64,000 nucleotides of DNA from Chromatiales bacterium (GCA_026989455.1 JALSJH010000060.1:695-64694); one strand, 5' to 3'. Numbered from the stretch's first letter, positions 25,801 to 38,900 are shown. A program made the numbers and translations. The notes: generated by a model not told the origin, from the sequence alone.

Positions 25801-27966
25801 TTAAAGCTGCCATCTATTTTCAAATGAGTAGGGCGCACCCAAACTAAAGTCCAACATCACCGAATGGCTCGATTCATTCAAACTCGTATCTAGGCGATCA
25901 ACAGTACGGTGTTGAGTCCAGGAAATACTAAAACGAGGGTTCACCCAGTCTAGTGATTTAATCGTGACGATATCCTGCAGTGTCCAAGAGGCACGTAGAC
26001 TTCCCCCGAAAATGGTATTGTCCTGAGAGTAATCACTGGCGCTATTTTCTTGCCCTGAAAACTGCAAATTCAAGATCACATTATCAGAAAATAACGGTAG
26101 GCTAAGCCCCAAATTCACCAATGATGCGACCGTCTCGATTTGTGTCGATGAGGTCTGCTGTGACAGATTTAAATTCATAGCTATTTTTTTGAGTTGATAG
26201 CTCAATCCAAAGGAGTGGTTTTCTGTTTCGCTGTCATTGTCACGATCAAGCTTATTGGTTAGCTCACCCAATTGCGACTGCCAAGACAGTGCAAACATCC
26301 CCATATTTCCACTCATACCCAACTGTATCTCTTGCCCCTGGTTGTCAACGCTATCATCAACGCTGGGCTCATCACTTGAGCGCTGTTGATTAATGCTGTA
26401 CCCAAGATTAAGGCTTGCCTTTGCCATTATGGGGAAATCAAACATCAGACCTGCCGTATCTGAGACCACCACGGCGCGGGTAATCTCTTTGTCAACATTA
26501 TCTTCCATTCTGGCCATATTCAAAGACCAACTCAGCTTGTGCCACTGACTTCCCAGTGAAGCGTTCACCCCTTGCCGGTCACCCGAGAAGTTGGGGTTAG
26601 TAATCGTCGCATAATCAGCACCATAGTGAAGATAAGCTAACTGCGTTGCCAAGCCTGAAAAATCTTTTGATAGACTAAGCTCATAGGCACTATCTGAAAC
26701 GGCTTCCACATTATCCAAGGTGTCATTATCAAAGTTTGTCTGCGCCATTCGAACACTCAGTCCCAAGCCGCCCCACTGCGATGAAAACTCCACCCCCACC
26801 GCATCACCCGCCTGTGGTGATGTCTGACTACTCCCAACACTCGCGGTCACCGGCTGAGGTAGTTCACCACTCACTGCCGTTAGTTGTAACGAGCTATTAC
26901 CGATCTCCACAAAGCTTTTTTCGACCGTCACACCATAGGTTTGTCTTTCGTCAAAAGAGATACCGCTGTTATTGCCATCCACCATGGCGGTACGTACATT
27001 AAATACAGACCCTTTCCAAGTTTGACCTTCGCTACTAGCGACAATGCCACGACGCGAAAAACTGGAAAGAACCAGTGGCATACCACTGATACTGACATCG
27101 CCAATATCCAACGTATGGTTTTTATAGGTATTGCGTAGAAGATAGCCCGCTGAAAGTGTCACTCTAGGCTCACCCTCTTGATCATAATTAATATTGGCAC
27201 TGGGTAACTCTGAGCGAAAATCACCATTCAGGTATTCGGTGTTAAGATTTAGGTTGCCTGTGAATACCCAGCCGCCCTGATCACCATCACTTTTCACCTG
27301 TCGACCACCCATGTTAATACCCGCATTACCTCGCAGCACCAACTCGCCATCTCTGGCCGCCTGCACTGCCTCTTCCTCAGCAAGATCAACAATGGCATCC
27401 ACCATCACCGTGCCCTGTCCATCGACTAAGGTGATTATTTGCGAACCTTCAAACAGGCTTGCAGATTCTGTAATGGTCCACTCGTCGCCATCACGCTGAA
27501 TCAGATCGGTGACATCAATATCGTCAATCAACAGCCGCGTATCATCCGCGACAACGCCCTGAATCAACAGGCGAATATCCTCACCCTCAGCACCACTATC
27601 AACGCGCTTTAAACTAATCACTGCGGGAGGTTCAATTCGTAGACGAGAAGGGTTGTATTCAGGATAATTGGCTGGCTCAGTACGCACGGTGCCATCTCTT
27701 AGCCTCAGTGCCACGTAATACTCAATGCCAGGAGTCTGCACCTGGTGCGCCGCCAAACCGGCAATCCATAGATAACCCTTGCGCTGCATGGGCAGTGCAA
27801 AAAATTGCCGACCACCCTCAATACGATAAAACAGCGTACCGGCTTGAATAGCCTCATCTTCCGTTTCATACAGTGTGACCGCTTGCCCGGAAAAGCTAGG
27901 CTCTTGCGCCTGTACCGATGCCCCAAAAATAGTTAAGCCGACTAACAAACAATGCAAATATCTCAT
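25801..27966 (-). CDS. Predicted outer-membrane beta-barrel protein with an approx. 200-aa N-terminal periplasmic beta-rich region; last gene of the giant-protein operon
   Basis: 721 aa with signal peptide MRYLHCLLVGLTIFGASVQA. From about residue 210 to the end there are many short alternating hydrophobic/polar strands separated by G/N/D/S-rich turns (LSLSKDF, LNLGYSINQ, FGLSYQLKK, LRASWTLQD, VMLDFSLG). ATGA overlap with the upstream stop. Confidence 0.65.
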   Translation of the reverse strand: MRYLHCLLVGLTIFGASVQAQEPSFSGQAVTLYETEDEAIQAGTLFYRIEGGRQFFALPMQRKGYLWIAGLAAHQVQTPGIEYYVALRLRDGTVRTEPANYPEYNPSRLRIEPPAVISLKRVDSGAEGEDIRLLIQGVVADDTRLLIDDIDVTDLIQRDGDEWTITESASLFEGSQIITLVDGQGTVMVDAIVDLAEEEAVQAARDGELVLRGNAGINMGGRQVKSDGDQGGWVFTGNLNLNTEYLNGDFRSELPSANINYDQEGEPRVTLSAGYLLRNTYKNHTLDIGDVSISGMPLVLSSFSRRGIVASSEGQTWKGSVFNVRTAMVDGNNSGISFDERQTYGVTVEKSFVEIGNSSLQLTAVSGELPQPVTASVGSSQTSPQAGDAVGVEFSSQWGGLGLSVRMAQTNFDNDTLDNVEAVSDSAYELSLSKDFSGLATQLAYLHYGADYATITNPNFSGDRQGVNASLGSQWHKLSWSLNMARMEDNVDKEITRAVVVSDTAGLMFDFPIMAKASLNLGYSINQQRSSDEPSVDDSVDNQGQEIQLGMSGNMGMFALSWQSQLGELTNKLDRDNDSETENHSFGLSYQLKKIAMNLNLSQQTSSTQIETVASLVNLGLSLPLFSDNVILNLQFSGQENSASDYSQDNTIFGGSLRASWTLQDIVTIKSLDWVNPRFSISWTQHRTVDRLDTSLNESSHSVMLDFSLGAPYSFENRWQL

Positions 27967-28997
27967 TGGTTTAAACCTTCAACATCAATCCCCTCGAAAG
28001 ACTTCATGCCTTCTAGGTTCAGGTTTTCGAACTCCACCTCCAGCTCCACACCAGAACCCAACGTTGCATCTAAAGTACGCAGTGCACCACCAGCCCCTTC
28101 ATTGGTCGGATTATCGGCAGCACTGCCGAGCGCACCATTGATCGCCGAGTTTCCTCTCAAAGAACCCGGATTAACCGTCACCCCCATACCAACAAGTTCA
28201 GCACTGACCCCGCTGCTGGTTTCATTACCTACGGTGACATCTGCACCTCCACAAATTATCGCGTTGTCATTAAACCGATCACTCAACACATACTCAGTCA
28301 CTGCCACAGCATTACTGCGCTGGCCTGCTTGTTGATAAAACAGGGAGACCCTGTTTTGCTGTACGTCACCATCACCCCAATCGAGTGGTTGAAAGCGGAG
28401 CAAAGTATCGGTGCGTTGATCAAACTCACTGATCTCAATCACATCACGATCATACTCAGGCGGTAATATCTCACCACATCGATCCATACTTTCATAAAAC
28501 ACCACCCGCACACGACCACTACAACCAAAGCCTTGGCCACGCAGTGTCAGCGTTACCGTGTCGTGTCGATTAAATTCAGACTGCGAAATCGAATCAATAC
28601 GAATGTTTTTTTGTTGAATCGATTCGAGCCGTTTAATGCGGTCACCATCAATCAACACCTGCCAAGCAGCAGGCAGGTAAGCGGCACTGCCGCAAGCCTC
28701 ACCAGACCATAAGCCCGGCCCCAATTCGATATCATAACGACCCTGCTGATCTGTCTTAGTGGTAATAAATTTATAGGGTGTATCGGGTTGCCAAAAGCGT
28801 ATCGTTACCCCAGCCGCTTGGTCACCCCCGACTTGGCGTACTTGCCCCGTCACAGTCACTGGGCTTTCACCCGGATCATAGGAGGTCAATTGATTGATCG
28901 CTCTCGCTGCATCAGAGTTGAGTTGAAGTGCCTGCGCCGCCATGGACAACGCCATAAAACAGCCGAGAGATAAACAGCCGATAAATAATCGCTTCAT
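27963..28997 (-). CDS. Secreted protein with CarboxypepD_reg-like and IPT/TIG-like beta-sandwich domains
   Basis: 344 aa from ATG 28997 (GTG 29000 is the alternative). Signal peptide MKRLFIGCLSLGCFMALSMAAQA. GQVRQVGGDQAAGVTIRFW...TKTDQQGRYDIELGPG is carboxypeptidase-regulatory-like, and DTVTLTLRGQGFGCSGRVRVVFYE is IPT-like. It overlaps both the upstream stop and the downstream start. Confidence 0.6.
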   Translation of the reverse strand: MKRLFIGCLSLGCFMALSMAAQALQLNSDAARAINQLTSYDPGESPVTVTGQVRQVGGDQAAGVTIRFWQPDTPYKFITTKTDQQGRYDIELGPGLWSGEACGSAAYLPAAWQVLIDGDRIKRLESIQQKNIRIDSISQSEFNRHDTVTLTLRGQGFGCSGRVRVVFYESMDRCGEILPPEYDRDVIEISEFDQRTDTLLRFQPLDWGDGDVQQNRVSLFYQQAGQRSNAVAVTEYVLSDRFNDNAIICGGADVTVGNETSSGVSAELVGMGVTVNPGSLRGNSAINGALGSAADNPTNEGAGGALRTLDATLGSGVELEVEFENLNLEGMKSFEGIDVEGLNQ

Positions 28998-29965
28998 CAC
29001 TTTGCCCTACCTGGGCGCAACACCCAACTGGATGGCTGCGATCGCTGCCCCACCTTAGACACCGCCAGCACTTGGTAGCGGTAGTGCCATTGTGGTTCAG
29101 CAGAGTAATCAACAAAGTGCATCTCATGCAGTACGCCGGAAATTACTTCAAACCCCTGCCCTTGATCGCGCATCACGATGACTCCTGACTGCTGGTCATC
29201 TGGCAATTGCCATTTTAAATAGGGCTGTTGAGTCTCGCTCACACTCAATTTCAAGTTAACGGGTGCAGCTATTTCACCATAACGTGGTTTGAACAACACC
29301 CCACGGGTCGCGGCACTTTCATTGCCATAAACATCCACCGCCGCAACGCGATAGCGGTAGGCCTGCCCCCCCACCGTGTCACTATCAACAAACGCTGTTT
29401 TTTCAATCAGGGTTCGATTTATTTTTGTAAAACCTTGTTCAGAGCCCACAGTAAGTCGATAGACCTGGTAACCAGCCAGATCGAGATCACGATTGGGCAA
29501 CCACTGCAAAGCCACCCCAAGCTCGCCATCGGCAACACGCAGTTGCAACGGCAAATGAGGCGCACGGCTATCGGGTAAGCGCATTGCTAATCGATTGGAC
29601 AGCGCCGATACATTGCCTGCCGCATCCACCGCTGCTAACTGATAAAAGTATTCAATTTCGGTGTTGGCGGTCTCTTTCACCTGGGTACTCATGTCACCCT
29701 TCTGTGCATCCACCAATGAGACAGTTTTTACAACACGAGGCGTTCCTTTGGCGCGTGAGCGGTAGACCCGATAAGCGGTCACATCGGTCGCTGGGCTGGC
29801 CTGCCATTGCAGTCGCAATTCACTTTTACTCAGTGCTTCCACTTGGTTTAATACCACCGGAGGGGGCGCTTCACGGTCGGCCTTAATATCCGCCACCTGT
29901 GGCTGCGCCAGCACCGCAGGCAGCCAGAAAAACAGCACACTACTGAGCATTATTTTTTTTATCAT
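28997..29965 (-). CDS. Secreted protein made of three fibronectin type III-like domains
   Basis: 322 aa with signal peptide MIKKIMLSSVLFFWLPAVLA. Three repeats each carry W-x-(n)-Y-x-V-Y-R and Y-x-Y-x-(V/L)-x-A-V-(D/S)-x-x-G-(N/Q)-x-S motifs: LQWQ..AYRVYRS..YFYQLAAVDAAGNVS; LQWL..GYQVYRL..YRYRVAAVDVYGNES; LKWQ..YRYQVLAVSKVGQRS. ATGA overlap with the giant gene stop. Confidence 0.75.
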   Translation of the reverse strand: MIKKIMLSSVLFFWLPAVLAQPQVADIKADREAPPPVVLNQVEALSKSELRLQWQASPATDVTAYRVYRSRAKGTPRVVKTVSLVDAQKGDMSTQVKETANTEIEYFYQLAAVDAAGNVSALSNRLAMRLPDSRAPHLPLQLRVADGELGVALQWLPNRDLDLAGYQVYRLTVGSEQGFTKINRTLIEKTAFVDSDTVGGQAYRYRVAAVDVYGNESAATRGVLFKPRYGEIAAPVNLKLSVSETQQPYLKWQLPDDQQSGVIVMRDQGQGFEVISGVLHEMHFVDYSAEPQWHYRYQVLAVSKVGQRSQPSSWVLRPGRAK

Positions 29966-32900
29966 TGCCCTGCCTCATACATCGGTAGATCGCACAGATC
30001 GATATTACAAATACGGATGTTTTGTGAAGCAGGAAGACCGCCCCACTCACCCGATTGATTAGATATGAATGGCACACCCACGTCACCATTAATGAAGGTT
30101 GCACCTAAGAACGGTGATACCGCTGCACTCTTGGCAGGAAATTCACCAAAACCAAACATCATTTGCTGACGCATTGCACCGTCATCAATCCCATTTCGCA
30201 ATACCAGCCACAACTCGGTTTTACTCACTGCACTCAAAGCGGTACAAACAGCATTATTCAGCACTGTTTCCCCGGCATTGTTCATAAACTCACTGGCCAT
30301 TACGAAAGGATTAAACTCCCCAGTTGGACAGGCCAGCTCTTTCTTAATAGCCGCCACCACCGGGCTTCCCAGCATAACTCTCATCTTCAACCCAAAAGCT
30401 GCACTCTGATCACTCACATCACCTTCAACAAAAGAAGCTACCTGAGCTTCCAACCCTTGTAGAGGTATCTTATGCCCCGCCAGCGTTAAGGTGATGTTGG
30501 GATTAACACACGCGCCATACGAAAACTGAACCGCATCATCGATCAGTTCGCCTCGACTTTCCTCCGTCATATCACCCGCCAATGTCACACCTAGCAAGCT
30601 ATTTAATAGCGGAAATTTGAGACTGCCGCTTAAACCCGTTCGGGTGCCGAAGCTCAATGTGGTATTAGTTTTATCGTAAAACGCACCAACGTTTACCGAG
30701 CCACTCACCGCCAACGACAGAGGAAATGGCATCACCCCCACTTCCAGCTGACCACACTGCACTACATCAACATTTTGAACGAGATCAAGTGCGTAGTTGG
30801 CCAAAGGTTGGTCAATAGTGGTAGGAAAGTCACTCACCAAACCACTAACCTGAACCTCACCCATGGTATTACTAAGAATCTCCAGCCCGGTTTTACCCTG
30901 ATAGGAGAGCGACAGGCCATCGCTTTCAGAGTGGCTAAAATAGGCTTCAAAATCAGTATTCACCCCACCAACATAACTACCTATGCAAGTGAAATCGCCC
31001 TCCTCACAGCCACTCGCTGCACTAAAGGCCAGTATCTGCCGCCCCCCTTCAGTTGCCTGTTGCAATAAACCCATATGACTCCCTATAAATGGAAGAGCCA
31101 GCTTTCCATACAACTCCAACATGAACGACTCTGTCTCTAGGGTGCTAAGGTTCCACTGCTGCTGCAAACCGCCACTGACTCCGCTAAAGCCCATACCATC
31201 GCCCGCCAGCTCATCAAAGAGTGAACGCTGTTGAATACGGCCAATCGCCGAGGGTGACTGATTCACCGCGATCAGCGAAGCAATACCATTGATGGCCAAG
31301 CGACCTAAATCCACCCCTGTCACCACCGCTTTTTGTGCGATTTCTGCACTGCCATTGACAACAGCTATCGCGTTATAGGCCATTGCATCTGCAAGCAGAC
31401 TGTCCATATCCCCCACATAGTCACTCGCTGGACTCAGTTGAGGTTGCCCCCCCACTATATCGATAAAGGGAACGGTTTCCAGATAGGCCCATTGCGTTTG
31501 TAATGGCATGGTTTTGCGCATCTCGGCAAACAAGGCAAGCAAGGAATAAGGAATCGCATAGGCCCGGTCAGCACCACGCCAAGTGTCGCCATCTGACAGG
31601 TCAGTTTCCAAAGCGTTACCCGAGACAATTCGCAGCAGCTTGGCGGTTGGATCGTTAGGGTTTTTGCTCATGGCAATTACGATTGCTTGGCTGGTATTGG
31701 GCACACCTTCAATCAAGCTTAATGCGTCGGAAACAACCTGAATTTCATCCATCCCGGCACTTTTTATTCCAAGACTGAGGAAGTCACTAATCCCCGACCC
31801 CTTACTTGGCTCGGCACTGCCGTTCCAACTAATGTTCATCACCTCACGCAGAGCACTCCCTTGAGGTAACAGTGTATTAATTGCACCAATGCCCATATTC
31901 CCCATCAGACTAACGGAAGCAAAAGTCGCCCCTTTGCTTAAATCTGTTTCGGCGATTTGGCGTAACAACGTGGCGACGGGAAGGTCGTCTTCCATGTCAG
32001 CTACGGTGACCGCATCACAATTGCTGGCATGAATCTCGGCAAACCAGAGATTACTTAAATCGGCACCCAGATGAGCCAGTACTTTAGGTGAGTGCTCTGT
32101 TTTGCCCAGCCAGCCCTTGTCATGACTAGTCAGTAGGCTTTTGATGGTCATAAAGGGAGTCATTGATAAGGCTGGAGGTAGGGCAATACCCAAGCCCTCA
32201 TTCACCCGACAATGCAGTGCCGCAATGCCATAACTCCCTAGGTAGGCATCTAACACTGTTTCTCCCTCTAACTGACCCGTGGCTGCTTGCTCTAGCAGGT
32301 TCCAGTTGTTATCAATAAAAGTGAGTTGCCAGTCACCCAAAGCATCGGCGGTATTCACCAAATCAGGCTGTAAACCTTGCTCACGGAAAAAGTCCAATAT
32401 CACCCCTTGAGTAAGGCGCGCAATGACGATGGGCAGATGCTCTCCTTCAGACACTGATAACTGTGAAGCCAGCATTTCACTACTCTCACGCATCATCGTA
32501 AATGCCACCGGTAGCGGCTGTGGTAGCGGTGTGATCATGTTATTAACCACAGGCAAACCTAGCAGGCGATTCCCCAGCCTCAAACCATCCACCGCCAGCT
32601 GGGTCTCTATCGATCCTGGCTCTTTAGCCACTGTTACGGTCATAGCCAGACCCTGTCCAATAATCGAAAACCACACCGTTTCTTCGGTCGTCTCGTTACT
32701 CGTTTGTAAATTGCCAGCCAGTGTTTCTAAAAAGTCGAGTGCGGTGAAATTTTCACCACTACTAATCAAGCTATCGATAAACACGCCACTCAGTTGCAGA
32801 CCACTGCTCAACAGGCACGCTTCGATACTCTCAGTGCAATCGAATTTTTCTCCTCCATTTAATAGGGGTTCGATCAGTTGACTTTTCAGTTCACTGGCCA

Positions 32901-35900
32901 AAAATTGGGCGGGCTGATCTTTACCCGGCAAATGCAACAAGCTACCCAGCAGTTGAAGCTCAGGTCGACCAGAAAAATCAGCATTGCTAACCCCTGCTAC
33001 CACCGCCGTGACCATCGACTCACCCCGCTCTGCCATGAACAAAATTAGTTGACCGATACCGGCCAAACGATAATCACCTTCCGCTGTGATGGCGGGATCG
33101 GGTATCTCACTCAGTAGATGGTAAGCGAGGCGTAGGTTGGCTTCGTTATTTGTATCCAACTCGGCCTCGGCCAATGCCTCTGCGGCGAGTCGATATTTAT
33201 TGCCGGGTTCTATGCGGGTTAAGTCTGGCGTACCATTAATATGAGGCAGGAGAAACTGCTCCAACTCCGCCATACTCACGTCACCTAGGTCTATCGAAGC
33301 GATTGAGTCCAGCGCACCACTCACCATTGAAGCAATTTGTGCGGCGGCATCGTTAAGCCAATTGTCAATTTTTGCTTGTAGATCATCCGCCGCGTTGAAT
33401 AGGGGGGCATTGAGCTGTACATGGGTACCTTTCATGGCAGCCAAGCGGCGCAACTCACCAATAACGACCCGCAGAGCTTGACGTGCTGTGGCATCGGCCA
33501 TGTCGAAACTTTCACCCATGGCCCTAAGCATCTGCGCTATCGCCTCCCGCAAGGCGGCGCTGTTATTGCCCTCCAATGATTCACTAAATTTAGGTAAGTC
33601 ATGCGGCCCCTTGATTGAGGCCGGAAAGGTCGCGGGGGAGCTGCTAATCATCTCTTCCAATACGCTTAAATCAGCATCACCTCCCAGTCCGTGCAGCGAG
33701 GCCGAGAGATCGAGATAATCCCGCACATCCTCTATAGTGCAATCATGATCTTTGGCACAGGCTGAGAGCTGGTCTGCCTTGACTTCTAACGCGCCAGCTT
33801 CTGCCCCAAGGTTATAAAAAATCATATCCTCCGCGCCCAATCCTTGGGCGGTGTTTTTCATCTCAAGCGAGGCTTTAATGAGTCGATAAACCGTCTCTAA
33901 GTCTTGATTAACCGCATCATCCAGAAGAGACTCTTGTGCGGTGATGTAGGGTGAAATTCCTTCAATAATGTCGTCCATAGAGGTGCTTTCTTCACCACCC
34001 AGTCGCACCATCAAGCTATCAATATTTATCAACCGCTCTGCTTTAGCCTTAAACTCCGACCAATCACGACCATCGTCATTGTTCACCGCCTGATTCGCGG
34101 ATGCCAGTGCCGTCTCCAGTGCGGCCATAACATTCGCATTTTCTGACAGAGACTCCCACCCACTCGCCTCGCTATCCCCTTGAGCAAGTGAGGTGATAAG
34201 AATGATTTTTTTGATCTCTAGTTCAAGGTCATCGGGGTGATCCTGCAACCACTCAACCCGGCTATCCAGCAAGCGTTGAATACGCTCCCTGAAACGTGCA
34301 TCGGCCTGCGGCTGAGCCACACGAGCCAGCACTTCACGGATTTCAGTAATGGGGTGGAACAGATGCTCCAAAATATCATCGACATCAGGTCGGGCAGCGG
34401 CACTCTCCAGTGCATTTAGATCTTCGTCTAACTCCTCTATGACTCGCGCATCAAGGCGGCGTAGTCCCGCCAGTTGTTCATTGGGCAGTGTTGATTTTAA
34501 ATAGACAATGAGCCTATTCTGACCGACCAAAGAGTCGAGTGACGCGGCGACTTCAACTTCGGGTCTACCTGTTCGCCAGACGACATTTTCCAGCCAATCG
34601 GTTTGACGATCACTCATCAGTGCCAGCGGGTTACGCCATTGACCATCGATTTTGGCTCGCAGGTAGCTATTGTTATCAACCTCAATCAGCGATTCACCAA
34701 CTTGGGCATTAAGACCCCGCCCTTTTTCAAAGTGGCTGGCAAGGGCTTTTAGCTTTTCCAACTCTTGAAAATCACCGCCTGATAATTCGTTATAACGAAG
34801 TTCCCATTCAGCTTCCCAAGCTGCTTTAAGTTTAGTTTTCACCGCATCACGATAAGCCACTAATTGATCGTCACGATAATAGACTAGCTGCCCATCACTG
34901 TGGCGTTGCTCCGCTGTGCTGTTCACTAAGTCAATCAGTCGTGAGAGGGTTTGAAGATGACGTACCCAGCCCGGATAGTCTTTTGATGCGGGTAACGCCA
35001 CCTCATCAAATGAACCTGCACGAAAGTAAAAATTAGTGTAGTAAGCCACTAGATCATTCGAGTCAAAATTGCCATTTTGATCAAAATCGTGAGCGGACTC
35101 TGGGGTGGCAGCGGTGATGCGTTGCTCCATATCCATCGCGGCGACACGCTGCGCCAAGCTGATGCCCCTACCCTCAGCAAGCCGTAAACCCAAGCTAGTG
35201 ACCGATGCCACTCTGCTGTCATCCTCGCACATCAAACGGCCCTCTAGCGCTATAAGGTTCAGTGCAAGTTGTATATCGCTTTCAATCACCACTCTATTTT
35301 CATTATTGATAATAGGGTTTATAATACGATTCCAAGCCCGATCCGTGGCCTCACACATTAGGCTGTACGTCTCCTCCAGCTGTGTACCCTCACCCAACGA
35401 GGCAATTACCTTCAGCAGTATGCTGACCTTGCTTTTCAGTGCCGCTTCACTGCACTGCTCAAGAGCCGTACAGACCTCACTCAAGGCTTGGCTATGGTGG
35501 TAATAATCGAGGTAAAACATCTCGCTAGAGTGTTGGCGAAAATTGTGGCTACCTCTCCACACGGCCAATCCTAATGCTTCACCTCTCTCCTGCAAATGAG
35601 CAATGCGTCCTGCCGGTGAGGCCGAAGGATTAGCCGCCCACTCAGCCACAGCTTGGGGGCTTAACGCCGTATCATAACGCTTGAACTCTGCCATCATCAG
35701 GCTAGTCAAGGCTTCAGCAGCGATCTGTTTGTGCTGATCATTCAATTCATTTATCGGTAGGCCTAAGTCACGGGCCTCTACCATCAGACTATCGAGCTGC
35801 AGTAACAGATAGTCACTCGGCTCGATTTTTAGCTGGCGTTCCAACTCAAAAATATCCAGCCACATCTGATGTTTCAGTGCTTGGTTAACACCACTGGCTG

Positions 35901-38900
35901 GAGTGATTGCTGGCCGCTCATCCGGCAGGTAAAACACCTGATAGCGCTCCACTGGGGAGTAACTCACGGAAAATTCCATTGCCGTATTATCAAATTTAAT
36001 GGTGGTGGTGCGCACACCATCTGCACTCTCTTTACGATGAATTGTCAAGTCACTATCAGTACTTTGCATCACCTGCTGGCGGCTGCCATCACTCTGACTC
36101 ACGACCACACCACCGTCATCAAGTTGCGCTACGGTCAGGCTACTGGTAGCGGAACCGCTATTCGTGACAAGGTTGATATGTTCGACTGGCACACCACCGA
36201 CACTGGCCTGACCTGTTGCGATATCAATCGACCAGAGGTCATTGCTATTTTCTCCTGCCAAATTCAGTTGGCCATTTTCCAGACTCACACCATCCGGTAA
36301 GCTATTCTGGTCATTTTGTGCGGCTGCCAGTTGGCTACTGCTGAGTTGCAAGGTAAGAAGTTCGGTTGGGATCACCCCTGAAGGATCAGGAATAGCGACA
36401 CCTGGCGGGAGGGCCTCCGGCATAGCGTAAATTTCCCACTGGCCATTGCCAAAGGTGTGTAGTGCTTGCTGTTCGTTGGGTTGATAATTCCAAGTCTCGG
36501 TGCCTTGAATGACCACGCGGTGCATCAAACTATCTTCTGATTGAATGATCGTCGTTGCCAAATCCTGCAAAGAGTAGATACCCTCCTCTTCAGACATCCT
36601 TAAAAGAAGCGTTTCACTGCTGTCACCCGCCCTTAAAACAACAATACCACCGCTATAAGCCACTTCCCAAGTAGGATCCCAGCCCTGAACCGTGTCAGCT
36701 ATGCGGCCGAAATATTCAACCAACAAGTCGGGATCAAGCATATCCATCCCCACCGACCAAGTGGCTCGATCTCTTGGATCACTGAGTGACTGAACTTGGA
36801 TAAAAGCCCCTTCACTATTGTTTGTGTCGACAATGCAGCCGTGACCTGGAAATGGACATAGCCCACCATCAGCGTCACGGAAAACCTTGGTTACTACAAC
36901 ATCCCCCACGGATTGTGCCGCGATGCTCTCAGCCGTGTCTGACAGTGTCGGCATCTGATCTGCCATGTACACGGTATAGGGTGTATGTGTACCGTAACTC
37001 AGCGCACTAGTAACTTTTATCAGGGGTTGTCCAGCCTCCAGTGTCCCCATAATGAGATTCCCAGCCTCATCTTTATATTCCAATATAGAGGGTTCAGCAC
37101 TGGCAAACTGACCATTCCAAAATGACATAAACAAGTCTTGCTCTTTCTCCTCGTCTGTTCGCTTACGCCACTGGTGGAAGGAAAAAAATTGTTTGATACC
37201 ACCGCCGTATTCCTGATGTCCTTCTGGATAATATTGGCTAATGATGCCAAGCGTTAAGTCCACCTCACGCCAACTGCCATCGGCACGGGTCTGCCGTAAG
37301 CGAATGACATCGCCATTATCATCCACTGTTTTAACCAAACCAATCAGATTAAAATCAGCATGGGCGATGATTGATTTTGCTTTTTGTATGGCGGTTTTTC
37401 CGGCGGATGTCGGCTCTTGCTGCCCGGCCTCGTTGAGCAGTTTAATCAAACTGTCATCTAACACGACACTGAGATTATCTTGAGTAAAATCGATAATGGG
37501 TAAGGCACGGGCCAAGGCGGGAATCGCCTCTAACAAAGGCTGGCTTGCTGCGAACAGTATGGGCAACAGCTCAGGCAGTTGTTGCTGTACAACAGCGGCG
37601 ACATTTTGGCTATTCTCTGTATCCAACACAGCGAGCAACCCCATTAAGGCCATTAATTTTTCTAGCTCAGGACGTGCTGCAATACCGCTTGGATCACAGA
37701 CCTTAATATTATTGTAGAGCTGTTGTGAATGAGCCGTCATGACACTCATCGATGGCTTTTGCGCCCCAACTTCGCGCACCATTTTAAGCAGGTAGCCCAT
37801 ATTGGCCAGACCATATTGCTGGCACTGATTAAGCATGCTCAGATCTTGCACTTCATCGATCAAGGCCAGTGGCAGTTGCACCAGATCCACCTGACTGAAG
37901 TCATTGTCTGCTATTTGCGGCGCATGAACTAACAGTTGATCCAGCTCTTGCAGTAGCACGCGGTAGATATCCAGCAATTGCGCCGCTTGCGGTGAGCCGG
38001 TCTCAATCAACTGTTGAAACGCCAGTGGTATGGCTTGGGCGATGCGCAGCACTCGCTGTGCATCGGCAGTGGCAGCATCACTACTGAGGCTTTGATCGAG
38101 CTCGTAAAAGCTGAACTCTAATGCGTTTAATACCCCCTGAAGTTGAGTGATAATTTGTGAATCGACATCAATACCGACATCAATACCGAGTGACTGCAAG
38201 GCACTTAATGTTTGGTTTACCCCTTGCAGTGCCCAAGCAATTTGCCGCGCCTCGGTCTTCAACTGCCCCGCGAGAGGCTCTAACGTATGTGCCGCAATGC
38301 CCAGCATGGCTTGCACACTGGCAGGCAAGGCCAAACCGGTATTACCGCAGTGGCTATTCGAAAAATCGCCTTGCGCGAACTCATTGATGAGGGTCTGTAG
38401 ATAGCGAACCCCGATGGCTTCTGTGCGGCCCGACGGCACGTTTTGCAACGCCGAGACGGTTAAACCCAGCATCGGTTTGATCTGCGCTGTCTGGATCGGC
38501 AAACCGGCTTGTGTGAACAGGGGTTGCAAGCTGTCGGCTTGTTGGCACATCACCCCCACTAGATCAGCCACCGCATCGCCTAGGCGACGGGGGTTGATAG
38601 TGCCGCCCTGATTTAACTCTTTCACTAAGTTTAAGGATTCGTCGGCCAAACTCACCGCCAGCGAGGCGAGGCGTTTCTCATGCCCTTCGGGAATGATGGT
38701 TTCCACCGCATGAGCGGCATCGACCGCACGCTGTGAGATATTGACGACATCCTGATATGAAAGCCGCCAGTTTTGGTCCACTAAAGTACGCGCGGCACCC
38801 ACCACCACATGGGCGGTTGCCAGCCCGGCATCGGTCAGGTCATCAATAGAGACTGGCAGGGCTTGCAGCCCGGTTTGGCTGTAGGCTTGGTCAAGGTCCA

